Shown here piece after piece: positions 33,357 to 42,934 of a stretch of 64,000 bases of DNA. The position numbers and the translations under genes were made by a program. Each line of letters starts with the position of its first letter. Position 1 is the stretch's first letter. The notes under the pieces are model-generated. The model made no database searches and had not been told where the DNA came from. It saw only the letters and a list, made by a program, of their open reading frames with translations. This DNA comes from Gemmatimonadota bacterium (GTDB lineage Bacteria > Gemmatimonadota > Gemmatimonadetes > Gemmatimonadales > GWC2-71-9): NCBI GenBank assembly GCA_036679645.1, contig JAZDCY010000041.1, forward strand, positions 134-64,133. The letters run 5' to 3'.

Positions 33357-33869
33357 GTGCCACAAGTCAAACGACGCAACTCCCTAGGTGTCCCCACACC
33401 GGCCCTCCCGGCCGACGAGGAGGTGTCGTATTCGGTGGGCGCCTGGGACGAGGAATGCTTCGCCCTCTTCGCCGAGGGCCGAGATCCGGGTGCGTGCCCG
33501 TCCTGCCAGCGGACCGGGTTCTATGGGCCGCGGGTCGGCGGTAGCGGGCGACGTTACCGGGCCTGCCGGTTCTGCGGATTCCACCAGGACGTGGGCGGCC
33601 GGCCGGACCGAGCAACGCCGACGGTTCACAAATGTGCCGACTGGCCTGAGGTAGCCCGCGCAACCTACATCTGGTGGCTCGCGCCGGAGCAAACGGAGTA
33701 CACCTGCCCCTACTGTGAAGAACTGGTGAGCGCGAACGACTCGCGGGTGACCGCACCTATCGACGACAAGGATCATCCCTGGTGGAAGATCCCGCAGCGT
33801 AGAACGCGGTTCTACTACTCCCGGTTCTGGGAGAACTGGCCTTCCACCAAGAGTCGCACGTTCCTTTAG
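33357..33869 (+). CDS. hypothetical Cys-rich protein with three CxxC pairs (zinc-ribbon-like) and a Trp-rich tail
   Basis: CPSC...CRFC...HKC...CPYC; HPWWKIPQRRTRFYYSRFWENWP. 170 aa; no family recognised. Confidence 0.5.
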   Translation: MPQVKRRNSLGVPTPALPADEEVSYSVGAWDEECFALFAEGRDPGACPSCQRTGFYGPRVGGSGRRYRACRFCGFHQDVGGRPDRATPTVHKCADWPEVARATYIWWLAPEQTEYTCPYCEELVSANDSRVTAPIDDKDHPWWKIPQRRTRFYYSRFWENWPSTKSRTFL

Positions 33870-33892
33870 CGCGCCGCCGTCCGGCATGGCAG

Positions 33893-34423
33893 ATGCCGCT
33901 CGTGGCAGCAGCCGCGCTCGCCCTTGCCACCCCTGCCGGCGCGCAAGACGCCCCATCTCCTCGGCATCAGGGATTCTGGATCGGGTTTGGAATCGGAGCC
34001 GGGTCGGACCTATCCGACCAGGCCCGCGATGCCCGCTCGGGCGGCGGCGGATACCTGCGGCTCGGGGGCACGATCACACCACAACTCCTGATAGGCGGAG
34101 AGCTGACCGGTTGGGTGCGTCGCCAGGACGACGTGACCGTGTCCCGCTCGGTCGCCGTCGGGACGATTACTTTCTATCCCACTCGTCAGGGATTCTTCCT
34201 CAGAAGCGGTTTGGGGTTCGGAGCATTTACATTGCTGGTGTCCGGGGCCATCGCAGACATTACCTTAACCGAGGAAGGGCTTGGTGCCCTGTTCGGTGGC
34301 GGGTACGATGTTCAGATCGGCCGGAACCTGTTCCTGACACCGAACCTGGATTTCCTGGTCCAGGTCATCAACGACGACACGGCTGTGGTGGGGTTGCTGA
34401 CGATTGGCCTGACCTGGCACTGA
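33893..34423 (+). CDS. small outer-membrane beta-barrel protein (OMP_b-brl/OmpW-like class)
   Basis: Signal peptide [18 protein letters not shown]. Alternating strands ([45 protein letters not shown], ...). C-terminal LLTIGLTWH. Confidence 0.6.
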   Translation: MPLVAAAALALATPAGAQDAPSPRHQGFWIGFGIGAGSDLSDQARDARSGGGGYLRLGGTITPQLLIGGELTGWVRRQDDVTVSRSVAVGTITFYPTRQGFFLRSGLGFGAFTLLVSGAIADITLTEEGLGALFGGGYDVQIGRNLFLTPNLDFLVQVINDDTAVVGLLTIGLTWH

Positions 34424-34484
34424 CCTCCCAGGACGGGCCGCCCCAGCATCCCGCCGCGGCCCAACGCAAGCGACGATACCAACC

Positions 34485-35696
34485 ATGACTGGCACCAACA
34501 TCACGTGGCAGAACGACGCCTACGTCGTCCCCGACGATCCCATCGTGCCGTTCATCGAGGGTGACGGCATCGGACCCGACATCTGGCGCGCCGCGCAGCG
34601 CGTGTTCGACGCCGCCGTACAGCACGCGTACGGTGGATCGCGTCGTATCGTGTGGCAGGAAGTACTGGCGGGCGAGAAGGCCCACCGCGCCACGGGCGAG
34701 TGGCTTCCCGAAGCAACACTCGCGGCCATCCGGGAGCACCGCATTGCGATCAAGGGTCCGCTCACGACCCCGATTGGCGGGGGGATTCGATCGCTCAACG
34801 TCTCGTTGCGCCAGATCCTCGATCTGTACGCCTGCGTGCGCCCGGTGCGTTGGCTCGAGGGCGTCCCCTCGCCAATGAAGGACCCCTCGAAGCTGGACGT
34901 GGTGATCTTCCGCGAGAATATCGAGGACGTCTACGCCGGCATCGAGTACGAGGCCGGGACCCCCGAGGCCACGAGTCTCCGCGACTACCTGCAAGACAAC
35001 TTCGGCGCGCGCATAGCGGAGCACAGCGCAATCGGCATCAAGCCCATGAGCGCCGCTAACTCCCAGCGCCTCGTCGCAAAAGCAATCCAGTACGCACTCG
35101 AGCGAGGCCGAAAGTCGGTCACGCTGGTCCACAAGGGCAATATCATGAAGTTCACCGAGGGTGCGTTCCGGGACTGGGGATACGAGGTCGCGCAGACGCA
35201 GTTCGGAGACCGTACGGTTGCAGAGAGCGACGTTGGAACGACCGGTGCGGACGCGAAAGTGATGATAAAGGATCGGATCGCCGACGCCATGTTCCAGCAG
35301 GTGCTGCTGCGACCGGCGGAATACGACGTGCTAGCGACACCCAACCTGAACGGCGATTACCTCTCGGACGCGTGTGCGGCACAGGTCGGCGGCCTCGGCA
35401 TGGCACCGGGCGCCAACATGGGGAACGGCATCGCACTCTTCGAGGCGACGCACGGAACGGCGCCCAAGTACGCGGGACAGGACAAGGTGAATCCGAGCAG
35501 CGTGATGCTTTCCGGTGTCATGCTACTCGAGGAACTCGGCTGGCAGGAGGCCGCCGACTCGATCGTACGCGGAATCAAAGGCGCCGTCGGCGCGGGCACG
35601 GTTACCTACGACCTGGCTCGACAGATGCCCGGTGCTACCAAGGTATCGACCTCGGGATTCGGCGACGCGGTCATTCAACATCTGGCAAAGGGATGA
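34485..35696 (+). CDS. icd: NADP-dependent isocitrate dehydrogenase
   Basis: [78 protein letters not shown]. Confidence 0.95.
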   Translation: MTGTNITWQNDAYVVPDDPIVPFIEGDGIGPDIWRAAQRVFDAAVQHAYGGSRRIVWQEVLAGEKAHRATGEWLPEATLAAIREHRIAIKGPLTTPIGGGIRSLNVSLRQILDLYACVRPVRWLEGVPSPMKDPSKLDVVIFRENIEDVYAGIEYEAGTPEATSLRDYLQDNFGARIAEHSAIGIKPMSAANSQRLVAKAIQYALERGRKSVTLVHKGNIMKFTEGAFRDWGYEVAQTQFGDRTVAESDVGTTGADAKVMIKDRIADAMFQQVLLRPAEYDVLATPNLNGDYLSDACAAQVGGLGMAPGANMGNGIALFEATHGTAPKYAGQDKVNPSSVMLSGVMLLEELGWQEAADSIVRGIKGAVGAGTVTYDLARQMPGATKVSTSGFGDAVIQHLAKG

Positions 35697-35700
35697 ACCA

Positions 35701-37191
35701 GTGAAGACTTCTGTGAAGGTCGTACCGCTCGAACGCGTCCGCGCGGGAATGCTGGCCGTCGCCGTCGGCGAAATCTCCGGCGGGGTTCCGCCGTACATGC
35801 GGGGGCTGGACAGGTCACTGGGTGGCGCAGTGAAGCGGGTTCTCGACACGGGTGACTTCACGGGAAAAGCCGATCAGACGGCTCTGGTCTACCCCAAGAG
35901 CGGCTCGACACGAGTCCTCCTCATTGGGATGGGGGCGCCGGCAGAGATCACGCGCGGGTCCATCCGCCGCGCGGCCGCGGTCGCCACGCGTCAAGCGACG
36001 GCCGTAGGCGCAAAGGCCGTCGCCTTTCACGTAGCCCAGGACACGCTCGGAGGCATTCCCGCAGAGGTGCAAGGACAGGTGATTGCAGAAGGGGCGGGGC
36101 AGGGTGCCTGGAAGTTCAACGAGCTACGGGCCGTAACAGATGAGAAGCCGCCAGTTGGCAGGTTCGAGATCATCACAAGCGCCGCAACGCGCAGGGACAT
36201 CGGGCGGGGTCGCCGGGTGGGTCACGCCCTGGCGGTCGGGCAGAAGTTGGCCCGCAACCTCCAGATGCTGCCCGGCAACGTCTGCACGCCATTGTATCTG
36301 GCGCAGATCGCGCGGGACCTTGGCACTGCATACGGGTTCCGCGTCACGGTGCTCAATCGAGCGCAGATCGAGAAGGCGGGATTGCACGCGTTGCTGGCAG
36401 TCGCCCAGGGTTCGCAGGAAGAGCCCCGTTTCATCATCGTGGAGTACCGTGGCGCCGGCCGCGCCGCCCCCGTCTGCCTGGTCGGGAAAGGCGTGACGTT
36501 CGACTCCGGCGGCATTTCGATCAAGCCGGCGCTCAATATGGAAGAGATGAAGTACGACATGTCGGGCGCCGCAGCCGTGCTCGGCGCGTTCGAGGCGCTG
36601 GGACAGCTCAAGCCGGCAGTGAACGTCGTGGGTATCATCCCCGCAACCGAGAACCTCCCCTCCGGCACCGCCACGCGGCCCGGAGATGTCGTGCGCGGAC
36701 ACCTGGGCAAGACCGTCGAGGTCGTCAACACCGATGCCGAAGGGCGACTCATTCTGTGTGACGCGCTATCGTACGCACGCAAGTTCAAGCCGCAATGCGT
36801 GATCGACGCGGCGACCCTGACGGGCGCCGTGGTGATCGGCCTGGGCCATCATGCGACCGGTCTGATGGGAAACGACGACCAGTTGATCGAAGAGATCCTC
36901 GCAGCCGGTGCGCGCGCCGGTGAACGATGCTGGGCGTTGCCGTTGTGGGAGGAGTACCGCGAGCAGATCAAATCGGACATCGCCGACGTAAAGAACACCG
37001 GGGGACGTGCTGCCGGAGCGATCACCGCCGCGTGGTTCCTGCGCGAGTTCGTCGACGGATTCCCCTGGGCCCACCTCGACATCGCCGGAACCGCGTACAC
37101 CGACAGCGCGCAACCGCACATGGCCAAGGGACCCACTGGCTGCGGCGTTCGACTCTTCGCGGAGTTCGTGCTCGGCCGCGCGGGGCGGTGA
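35701..37191 (+). CDS. pepA: leucyl aminopeptidase (M17 family)
   Basis: VGKGVTFDSGGISIKP, MKYDMSGAAAVLG, NTDAEGRLILCDAL, ATLTGA, and a C-terminal catalytic domain. GTG 35701 lies 5 nt after the icd stop; the track ORF start (35515) is inside icd. Confidence 0.9.
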   Translation: MKTSVKVVPLERVRAGMLAVAVGEISGGVPPYMRGLDRSLGGAVKRVLDTGDFTGKADQTALVYPKSGSTRVLLIGMGAPAEITRGSIRRAAAVATRQATAVGAKAVAFHVAQDTLGGIPAEVQGQVIAEGAGQGAWKFNELRAVTDEKPPVGRFEIITSAATRRDIGRGRRVGHALAVGQKLARNLQMLPGNVCTPLYLAQIARDLGTAYGFRVTVLNRAQIEKAGLHALLAVAQGSQEEPRFIIVEYRGAGRAAPVCLVGKGVTFDSGGISIKPALNMEEMKYDMSGAAAVLGAFEALGQLKPAVNVVGIIPATENLPSGTATRPGDVVRGHLGKTVEVVNTDAEGRLILCDALSYARKFKPQCVIDAATLTGAVVIGLGHHATGLMGNDDQLIEEILAAGARAGERCWALPLWEEYREQIKSDIADVKNTGGRAAGAITAAWFLREFVDGFPWAHLDIAGTAYTDSAQPHMAKGPTGCGVRLFAEFVLGRAGR

Positions 37192-39041
37192 CACCTACCT
37201 CCGCGACCGGGTACACGTACGGCTGGCGGGTCCTAACGGCCCTCGTGCTCCTCAGCGGGAGCGCCGCGCCCGCCGTAGGCCAGGATCCCACCGCAGACTC
37301 GACGCGCGTCGCTGACTCTACCGGCGTCGCTGACTCTACCGCCGTGGCCGACTCTACGGCACAATTCGCGACCGATACCACGCCGCCACTCCTGAGGACG
37401 CTCCCAATCCCGCCACGCGAGACGCCGTCGGGGCCGCTTCCCCCCGGCTCGCGACACGTGTTCACACGGGACTCGATCGCGTGGAATCCGTGGTACACGC
37501 TGGCCGACCTGCTTGGGGCGATCCCAGGGGTGTACGTCGCTCGCGCGGGCTTCGTCGGCCAGCCTCAGCCGGTCACCTTTGCCGGTAGAGGTCCGACCGC
37601 CATCCGGATCTTCTGGGACGGGATCGAGATGCTCGCCCTCGGTCCGGACTCCGTGTCCGTCGATCCGGGGCGAATCTCGTTGTTCCCGTTCCGTCGCGTC
37701 GAGGTGGAGGTCCTGCCGGCCCTTCTCCGCGTGTATCTGGTCTCCGAGCGCCACGAAACGCCGTCGACGCGCTCGACCGTTCGCATCGTAAGCGGCGACT
37801 TCTCAACCGGTGCATACGCCGGGCTATTCCAGCACCGATGGCCCAGTGGCGTGGGGCTCAACGTCGGCGTCGATTTTCTCTCCAACGAGGGAGCGCGTGA
37901 GATCGCGCGTGACGCCACATGGTTGGATCTGTGGGGGAAGCTGGAATGGACCCCGACACCGCTCTCGAGCGCCACGATCCAACTCAGGCGAGAGAGCTAC
38001 GATCGGCAGCCGACCACGCCGGAAGGGACCATCGGCGTCCCGGGCCGCGAGGGGACCCGCACGGATGTCCTGGTTCGTATCCTGGCCGCGACCCGGCCCG
38101 ACCGGTACGGGTTCTGGGTCGACGGTGGGATGGCAACATCGGTCTGGTCACCCGACTCGACATCGCCAGACTCGCTCGTGCTCTCGCGCACCTTCCGACG
38201 CGCCTTTGCGGGTATCGGCGTGCGGGGCGGTGGCGCTTCGGCAGAGGTCCGAGCGCAGCTAGGCGATCACTTCACCACGAGCGCGGCCCAGGCACGCCTT
38301 GGATGGGTGCCCGTCGGGGGAATCGTCCTGTCGGCAGACGGGTCGGCGGAACGCCACCGCGGTGACCGGCGCTCCTACCGCGGGCATGCGGCGCTGGGTC
38401 TCTATGTCGGACCGCTCTCGGTCACTGGAGACGTCGCCAAGCAGAACGCGGTACCGGCGCCCGCCCTCCCCACCGACACGGCGCGGCGGACCACCGACTA
38501 CGCCGTGCGGGCCGGCCTCGACACACACCTGCTTGCGGGGCGGGGCGGGCTGGTGCGGCGCGATGCCTTCGACCCGTTGCCGTTCACGGGGTTCTTCGGC
38601 ACGACGCCGGGTCCCACCGGGAAGACAAGCTTCGTCGAGGCCAACGCGATTCTCCGACTCGGTGGCTGGTCGCTGAACGGGTGGTACTCGAACCCCATTC
38701 GCGGCTTCGTCCCCGATTTTCAGCCTCCGACTCACGGGCGCGCCGCTCTCACCTTCCGCTCCAAGTTCCTGCGCACGTTCCGCTCGGGCGCGTTCGACCT
38801 GAAGGTCCAGATCGCCATGGAATCGTGGAGCCGCGGCGTCGCCGGTCGTGACGCGGACGGCGCCCCGGTGGAGCTTGCTCCCGCCACGTTTTGGGAGGGA
38901 TTCCTCCAATTCGAGATTGCCGGTTTCCTGGCATTCTACAGCCTGAAGAACGCCTACAACTCACGCGAGCAGTTCGTCCCCGGCCTCGAGTATCCGCGCA
39001 ATGTCCAGACGTTCGGGATCAAGTGGACGTTTGCTAACTAG
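37188..39041 (+). CDS. putative outer-membrane beta-barrel protein with a TonB-dependent-receptor plug-like N-terminal region
   Basis: GTG 37188 (GTGA overlap with the pepA stop). Signal-like WRVLTALVLLSGSAAPAVGQ, then the (ADSTxV)x4 repeat. YTLADLLGAIPGVYVARAGFVGQPQPVTFAGRGPTAIRIFWDGIEM is plug-like. Long strand-rich C-terminus. Confidence 0.55.
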   Translation: MTPTSATGYTYGWRVLTALVLLSGSAAPAVGQDPTADSTRVADSTGVADSTAVADSTAQFATDTTPPLLRTLPIPPRETPSGPLPPGSRHVFTRDSIAWNPWYTLADLLGAIPGVYVARAGFVGQPQPVTFAGRGPTAIRIFWDGIEMLALGPDSVSVDPGRISLFPFRRVEVEVLPALLRVYLVSERHETPSTRSTVRIVSGDFSTGAYAGLFQHRWPSGVGLNVGVDFLSNEGAREIARDATWLDLWGKLEWTPTPLSSATIQLRRESYDRQPTTPEGTIGVPGREGTRTDVLVRILAATRPDRYGFWVDGGMATSVWSPDSTSPDSLVLSRTFRRAFAGIGVRGGGASAEVRAQLGDHFTTSAAQARLGWVPVGGIVLSADGSAERHRGDRRSYRGHAALGLYVGPLSVTGDVAKQNAVPAPALPTDTARRTTDYAVRAGLDTHLLAGRGGLVRRDAFDPLPFTGFFGTTPGPTGKTSFVEANAILRLGGWSLNGWYSNPIRGFVPDFQPPTHGRAALTFRSKFLRTFRSGAFDLKVQIAMESWSRGVAGRDADGAPVELAPATFWEGFLQFEIAGFLAFYSLKNAYNSREQFVPGLEYPRNVQTFGIKWTFAN

Positions 39042-39151
39042 GCCGGTATGGCGGAAGGGCTGTATGAGGGGAGTGCAAGAGGTTGTTTTGGTTGCTGGCC
39101 GTTACGTTGTCGCCTCTCTCGAATTACTTTTCCCCCCCGCACACAGGAGAA

Positions 39152-40039
39152 TTGCCACCGGTGCCGCGATCAATGACCGGATTTGGGGTCGCCGACGGCC
39201 CATTAGCCGCCGGGCGGATCCATATTGAGATCCGCACCGTCAACCACCGTCATCTCAACGTGCAGATGCGCCTTGGTCAGCATCTGCAACCGTTGGAAGA
39301 GACCATTCGGGCGGCGTTGCGCGCACGCTTCGAGCGCGGGCACGTCTCCGTATCGGCCCGGTGGGTAGACGAACCCGAGCCGGAGCGATCCATCGGAGTG
39401 GATCTCGACCGTGCCCGCGCGGTGCTCGATGTGGTCACGACGCTCAAATCCAATCTGAATCTGCCGGGCGAGATTGATATTGGGTTCATCGCTCGGCAAC
39501 CCGACGTGCTGGACTACGGGCGCGGCTCCAACGAGATAGCGGTTGCGGAGGCAGATCTTCTCGCCGTCCTCGCAGCCGCCATAGACGGCGTCGTGGCCAT
39601 GCGGGAGCGAGAGGGCGCGGCGCTGGCTGACGATCTGCGCACCCGGCTCGACGCCATCACGCGGTACCTGGCGCTGGTGCGCCAGCGGGCCCCCGAACGG
39701 ATTCCGGCCGAGCGCGATCGGCTGCGCGCGGCCGTCGCAGAGCTGCTCGAGGGACGGACGGTGAACGAAGATCGGATTGCGCAGGAGATTGCCTTCCTCG
39801 CCGAACGGCTGGACATCAACGAAGAGATCGTCCGCCTCGAGACGCATCTGGAGGCAGCGCGGACAGCACTCGCCGGAGACGGCGCGGCCGGTCGCACGAT
39901 CGGATTCCTGTCGCAGGAGATGCTGCGCGAGATCAACACGATAGGGTCAAAGGCCAATGACGCCGAGATCACGACCGCCGTCGTGGCAATGAAGGGCGAG
40001 CTCGAAAAATTCCGCGAACAGCTCGAGAATATCGAGTGA
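39152..40039 (+). CDS. yicC: YicC-family stress-induced protein
   Basis: RSMTGFG..., EIRTVNHRHLNVQMRL, and C-terminal SQEMLREINTIGSKAND (YicC N- and C-terminal signatures). TTG 39152 sits just after AGGAGA; ATG 39173 is the alternative start. Confidence 0.85.
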   Translation: MPPVPRSMTGFGVADGPLAAGRIHIEIRTVNHRHLNVQMRLGQHLQPLEETIRAALRARFERGHVSVSARWVDEPEPERSIGVDLDRARAVLDVVTTLKSNLNLPGEIDIGFIARQPDVLDYGRGSNEIAVAEADLLAVLAAAIDGVVAMREREGAALADDLRTRLDAITRYLALVRQRAPERIPAERDRLRAAVAELLEGRTVNEDRIAQEIAFLAERLDINEEIVRLETHLEAARTALAGDGAAGRTIGFLSQEMLREINTIGSKANDAEITTAVVAMKGELEKFREQLENIE

Positions 40040-40689
40040 CCCCGTTTCTCCTCATCCTCAGTGCGCCATCGGGCGGGGGGAAGACGACGATCGCCAAGGC
40101 TCTGCTCGCGGCGCGGGACGATCTGCGCTACTCGATCTCTGCCACCACGCGTCCCCCGCGTGCCGGGGAAATGGATGGAATCGACTACCATTTCCTGGAG
40201 CGCGACGAGTTCGACCGCCGCGCGGATGCCGGCGACTTCCTCGAGTGGGCAGAATACGGCGGTCAGCGCTACGGCACACTCTCAGCGGACGTCGACGCCA
40301 CATTGGCAAGCGGGCGGCACATCGTCCTCGATATTGACGTGCAAGGGGCACGCCTTATCCGGGAGCGGTGCCAAAACGTGGTGAGTGTCTTTATTATTCC
40401 TCCCACCGCGCAGACCCTCGTCGAACGTCTCGGCGGACGACAGACCGAGCAGCGGGAGCAGTTGATGCAGCGATTGCGGCGCGCGGTGGAGGAACTGAAG
40501 GACGCGCCGCTGTATGACTACGTCGTGGTCAACGCCAATCTGACGCAGGCGGTGGCCGACGTGGCGGCGATAATCGACGCGGAGTCGTGCCGCCTGTCTA
40601 GGGTCGACAACCTCGAGACGGTGGTGCACGAGCTGACCAAGGGCCTCGAGAATGCGCTCGAGTCTCTTACTGACACGCAGGAGCCCTGA
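40036..40689 (+). CDS. gmk: guanylate kinase
   Basis: LILSAPSGGGKTTI (P-loop), SISATTRPPRAGEMDGIDYHF, AEYGGQRYGT. GTGA overlap with the yicC stop. Confidence 0.95.
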   Translation: MTPFLLILSAPSGGGKTTIAKALLAARDDLRYSISATTRPPRAGEMDGIDYHFLERDEFDRRADAGDFLEWAEYGGQRYGTLSADVDATLASGRHIVLDIDVQGARLIRERCQNVVSVFIIPPTAQTLVERLGGRQTEQREQLMQRLRRAVEELKDAPLYDYVVVNANLTQAVADVAAIIDAESCRLSRVDNLETVVHELTKGLENALESLTDTQEP

Positions 40690-40902
40690 ATGCACATCTT
40701 CACCCCAAAGGACGTAGCACAGCTTGCGGGCAGCAAGTACCTAGGAGTACTGGTGGCCGCGAAGTTTGCGCGGTTTGTGAACGAATTTCCCCGTGATCGG
40801 TCGGTCGCGTTGGAGAAGAAGCTGACCACACAGGCTCTCGAGGAGCTTTCCGGCGGAGGTTTGACGTATCGTCTGATTCGCCAAAAGCGGCAGGACACGT
40901 GA
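40690..40902 (+). CDS. rpoZ: DNA-directed RNA polymerase subunit omega (divergent)
   Basis: SKYLGVLVAAKFARFVNE resembles the NRF.LV..AAKRARQL core. The conserved gmk-rpoZ-coaBC gene order supports the call. Confidence 0.65.
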   Translation: MHIFTPKDVAQLAGSKYLGVLVAAKFARFVNEFPRDRSVALEKKLTTQALEELSGGGLTYRLIRQKRQDT

Positions 40903-42089
40903 ATCTGTCCGGCCGGCACGTCCTCTTGGGCGTGTCGGGCGGGATTGCGAGCTACAAGGCGTGCACGCTCGCGCGCCGACTGGCGGAAACTGGAGCGGCG
41001 GTCGATGTCGTCATGACGGCATCGGCCGCCGAGTTCGTTGGGCCGGTGACGTTCGAGGCCCTGACCGGACGGCCGGTATTCACCTCTCTCTGGGAACCGC
41101 ACCGGTCCCTGGCGCACATCTCTCTTGCGCGCGATCCCGATCTCATCGTACTCGCCCCAGCGACGGCCAACCTGCTGGCGCGCGCGGCTCAGGGCATTGC
41201 CGACGACATTCTGAGTGCCATCCTCCTCGCCCGCGAGGGCGCCGTTCTGGCGGCACCCGCCATGAACGACGCGATGTTCGCGCATGCGAGCACCCAGGCG
41301 AACCTGCGTTCCCTGCGGGACCGCGGCTGGGAGTTCGTCGGACCAGAAACCGGGCCGCTGGCCGAGGGGCCGAGCGAGAGACCTGGCCGCATGTCGGAGC
41401 CCGAGAGCATTCTCGCCGAGATCGAGCGCAAGCTGCGCGGGCCACAATCGGTGCTGCGGGGTCGGAGCGTGCTCGTCACGGCGGGTCCCACACGCGAGCG
41501 GCTCGACCCGATTCGCGTAATCACGAATCGGTCGAGTGGCCGCATGGGATTCGCGCTCGCACGTGCCGCCTACGCGCGCGGGGCGGAGGTCGCACTCCTC
41601 GCGGGGCCCACCGCACTCTCCCCCCCGTACGGATCGGCCGTCGTACGCGTCGAAACCACAGCCGAACTGCGTAACGCAATGGCGGCACGAATCGCCAACG
41701 CCGATGTGGTGCTCATGGCCGCGGCCCCGGCCGACTACCAACCGTCCCAACCGCAGGACACTAAGCGACCCCGTACAGACGGCACCATGACACTCGACCT
41801 CGGGCCGACGCCGGATCTTCTCGAGTCCACGCGAAGCATGCGCAAAGCGGACGGCGTGACCGTCGGGTTTGCCTACGAGACCACCGGTGGACTCGAGCGC
41901 GCACGCTCCAAGCTCGAGCGAAAAGCGCTCGACCTCGTCGTCCTGAACGTCGATGCACCCGATGCAGGGGCAGAGGTCGACACGAATCGCGTCACGCTGA
42001 TCACTGCATCTGGCGAAGATGCGCTCCCGTTACTCTCGAAGGACGATACGGCGGAGCGCATACTCGACGCGGTCGAGGACCTGCTGTGA
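40899..42089 (+). CDS. coaBC: bifunctional phosphopantothenoylcysteine decarboxylase / phosphopantothenate-cysteine ligase
   Basis: LLGVSGGIASYKA, APATANLLA, VLVTAGPTRERLDPIRVITNRSSGRMG, MAAAPADY. Confidence 0.95.
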   Translation: MNLSGRHVLLGVSGGIASYKACTLARRLAETGAAVDVVMTASAAEFVGPVTFEALTGRPVFTSLWEPHRSLAHISLARDPDLIVLAPATANLLARAAQGIADDILSAILLAREGAVLAAPAMNDAMFAHASTQANLRSLRDRGWEFVGPETGPLAEGPSERPGRMSEPESILAEIERKLRGPQSVLRGRSVLVTAGPTRERLDPIRVITNRSSGRMGFALARAAYARGAEVALLAGPTALSPPYGSAVVRVETTAELRNAMAARIANADVVLMAAAPADYQPSQPQDTKRPRTDGTMTLDLGPTPDLLESTRSMRKADGVTVGFAYETTGGLERARSKLERKALDLVVLNVDAPDAGAEVDTNRVTLITASGEDALPLLSKDDTAERILDAVEDLL

Positions 42090-42934
42090 GCGACGCCCGG
42101 TTGCTCTTCCGGCGGTATCTGGAACAGCAACGCGCGCTTGGCGAAGGACCGGTCGTGTTGGAGACCGTGCCTGCGGCGCCACCGGTCGCCCGGGCGGTCG
42201 AGGACCCCCCTCCACCCCCTCCGCCGGAGGACCCCCACATGGCACCACCGCGGCGGCGCCGGGCGCCAAAACGAGAATCCGCACCACCACGAGGGCGCCC
42301 GTCCGACGACCTTCCGGCCATTCCCAAGCGTGGCCTCGAGGTGACGGCGCCGGCAAAGGACCTCTTCACAAACGATCCGCTGGCAAACGCGTCGCTCGCG
42401 GATATCGGCAAACTGGTATCGGCCTGCACCAAGTGTCCGCTGCACGAGGGCCGTACCAATGCCGTCCCGGGCGAAGGGCCCGCGGACGCCAACCTCGTCG
42501 TCGTGGGTGAAGGGCCGGGTGCAAATGAAGACGCGCAGGGCCGTCCGTTCGTCGGGCGGGCGGGTAACCTCCTGAATGAGATCCTGGCGGCGATCGAGTG
42601 TCCCCGTGAAACGGTGTACATCGCGAACATCGTGAAGTGCCGCCCGCCGAGCAACCGGAAGCCGTCCACGGACGAATGCACCACCTGTGTTCGATACCTG
42701 CACCGGCAGCTTGAAATCATTGGCCCGAAGGTTATCCTCGCCATGGGAGGGACGGCCGCTGAGACCCTGCTCAACATCCGCGCGTCGCTTTCGTCGCTCC
42801 GAAACAAGGTTCACGAGTACCGGGGGATTCCGTTGATCGTCACGTATCACCCCGCGGCTCTGCTCCGGAACCCACACTGGAAGCGACCAACCTGGGATGA
42901 CGTTCGTATCGCCCGTCAGCTCCTCGACCGCTGA
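42086..42934 (+). CDS. family 4 uracil-DNA glycosylase with a Pro/Arg-rich N-terminal extension
   Basis: CTKCPLHEGRTNAVPGEGPADANLVVVGEGPGANEDAQGRPFVGRAGNLL, NIVKCRPP, HPAALLRNP. Confidence 0.85.
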   Translation: MSDARLLFRRYLEQQRALGEGPVVLETVPAAPPVARAVEDPPPPPPPEDPHMAPPRRRRAPKRESAPPRGRPSDDLPAIPKRGLEVTAPAKDLFTNDPLANASLADIGKLVSACTKCPLHEGRTNAVPGEGPADANLVVVGEGPGANEDAQGRPFVGRAGNLLNEILAAIECPRETVYIANIVKCRPPSNRKPSTDECTTCVRYLHRQLEIIGPKVILAMGGTAAETLLNIRASLSSLRNKVHEYRGIPLIVTYHPAALLRNPHWKRPTWDDVRIARQLLDR

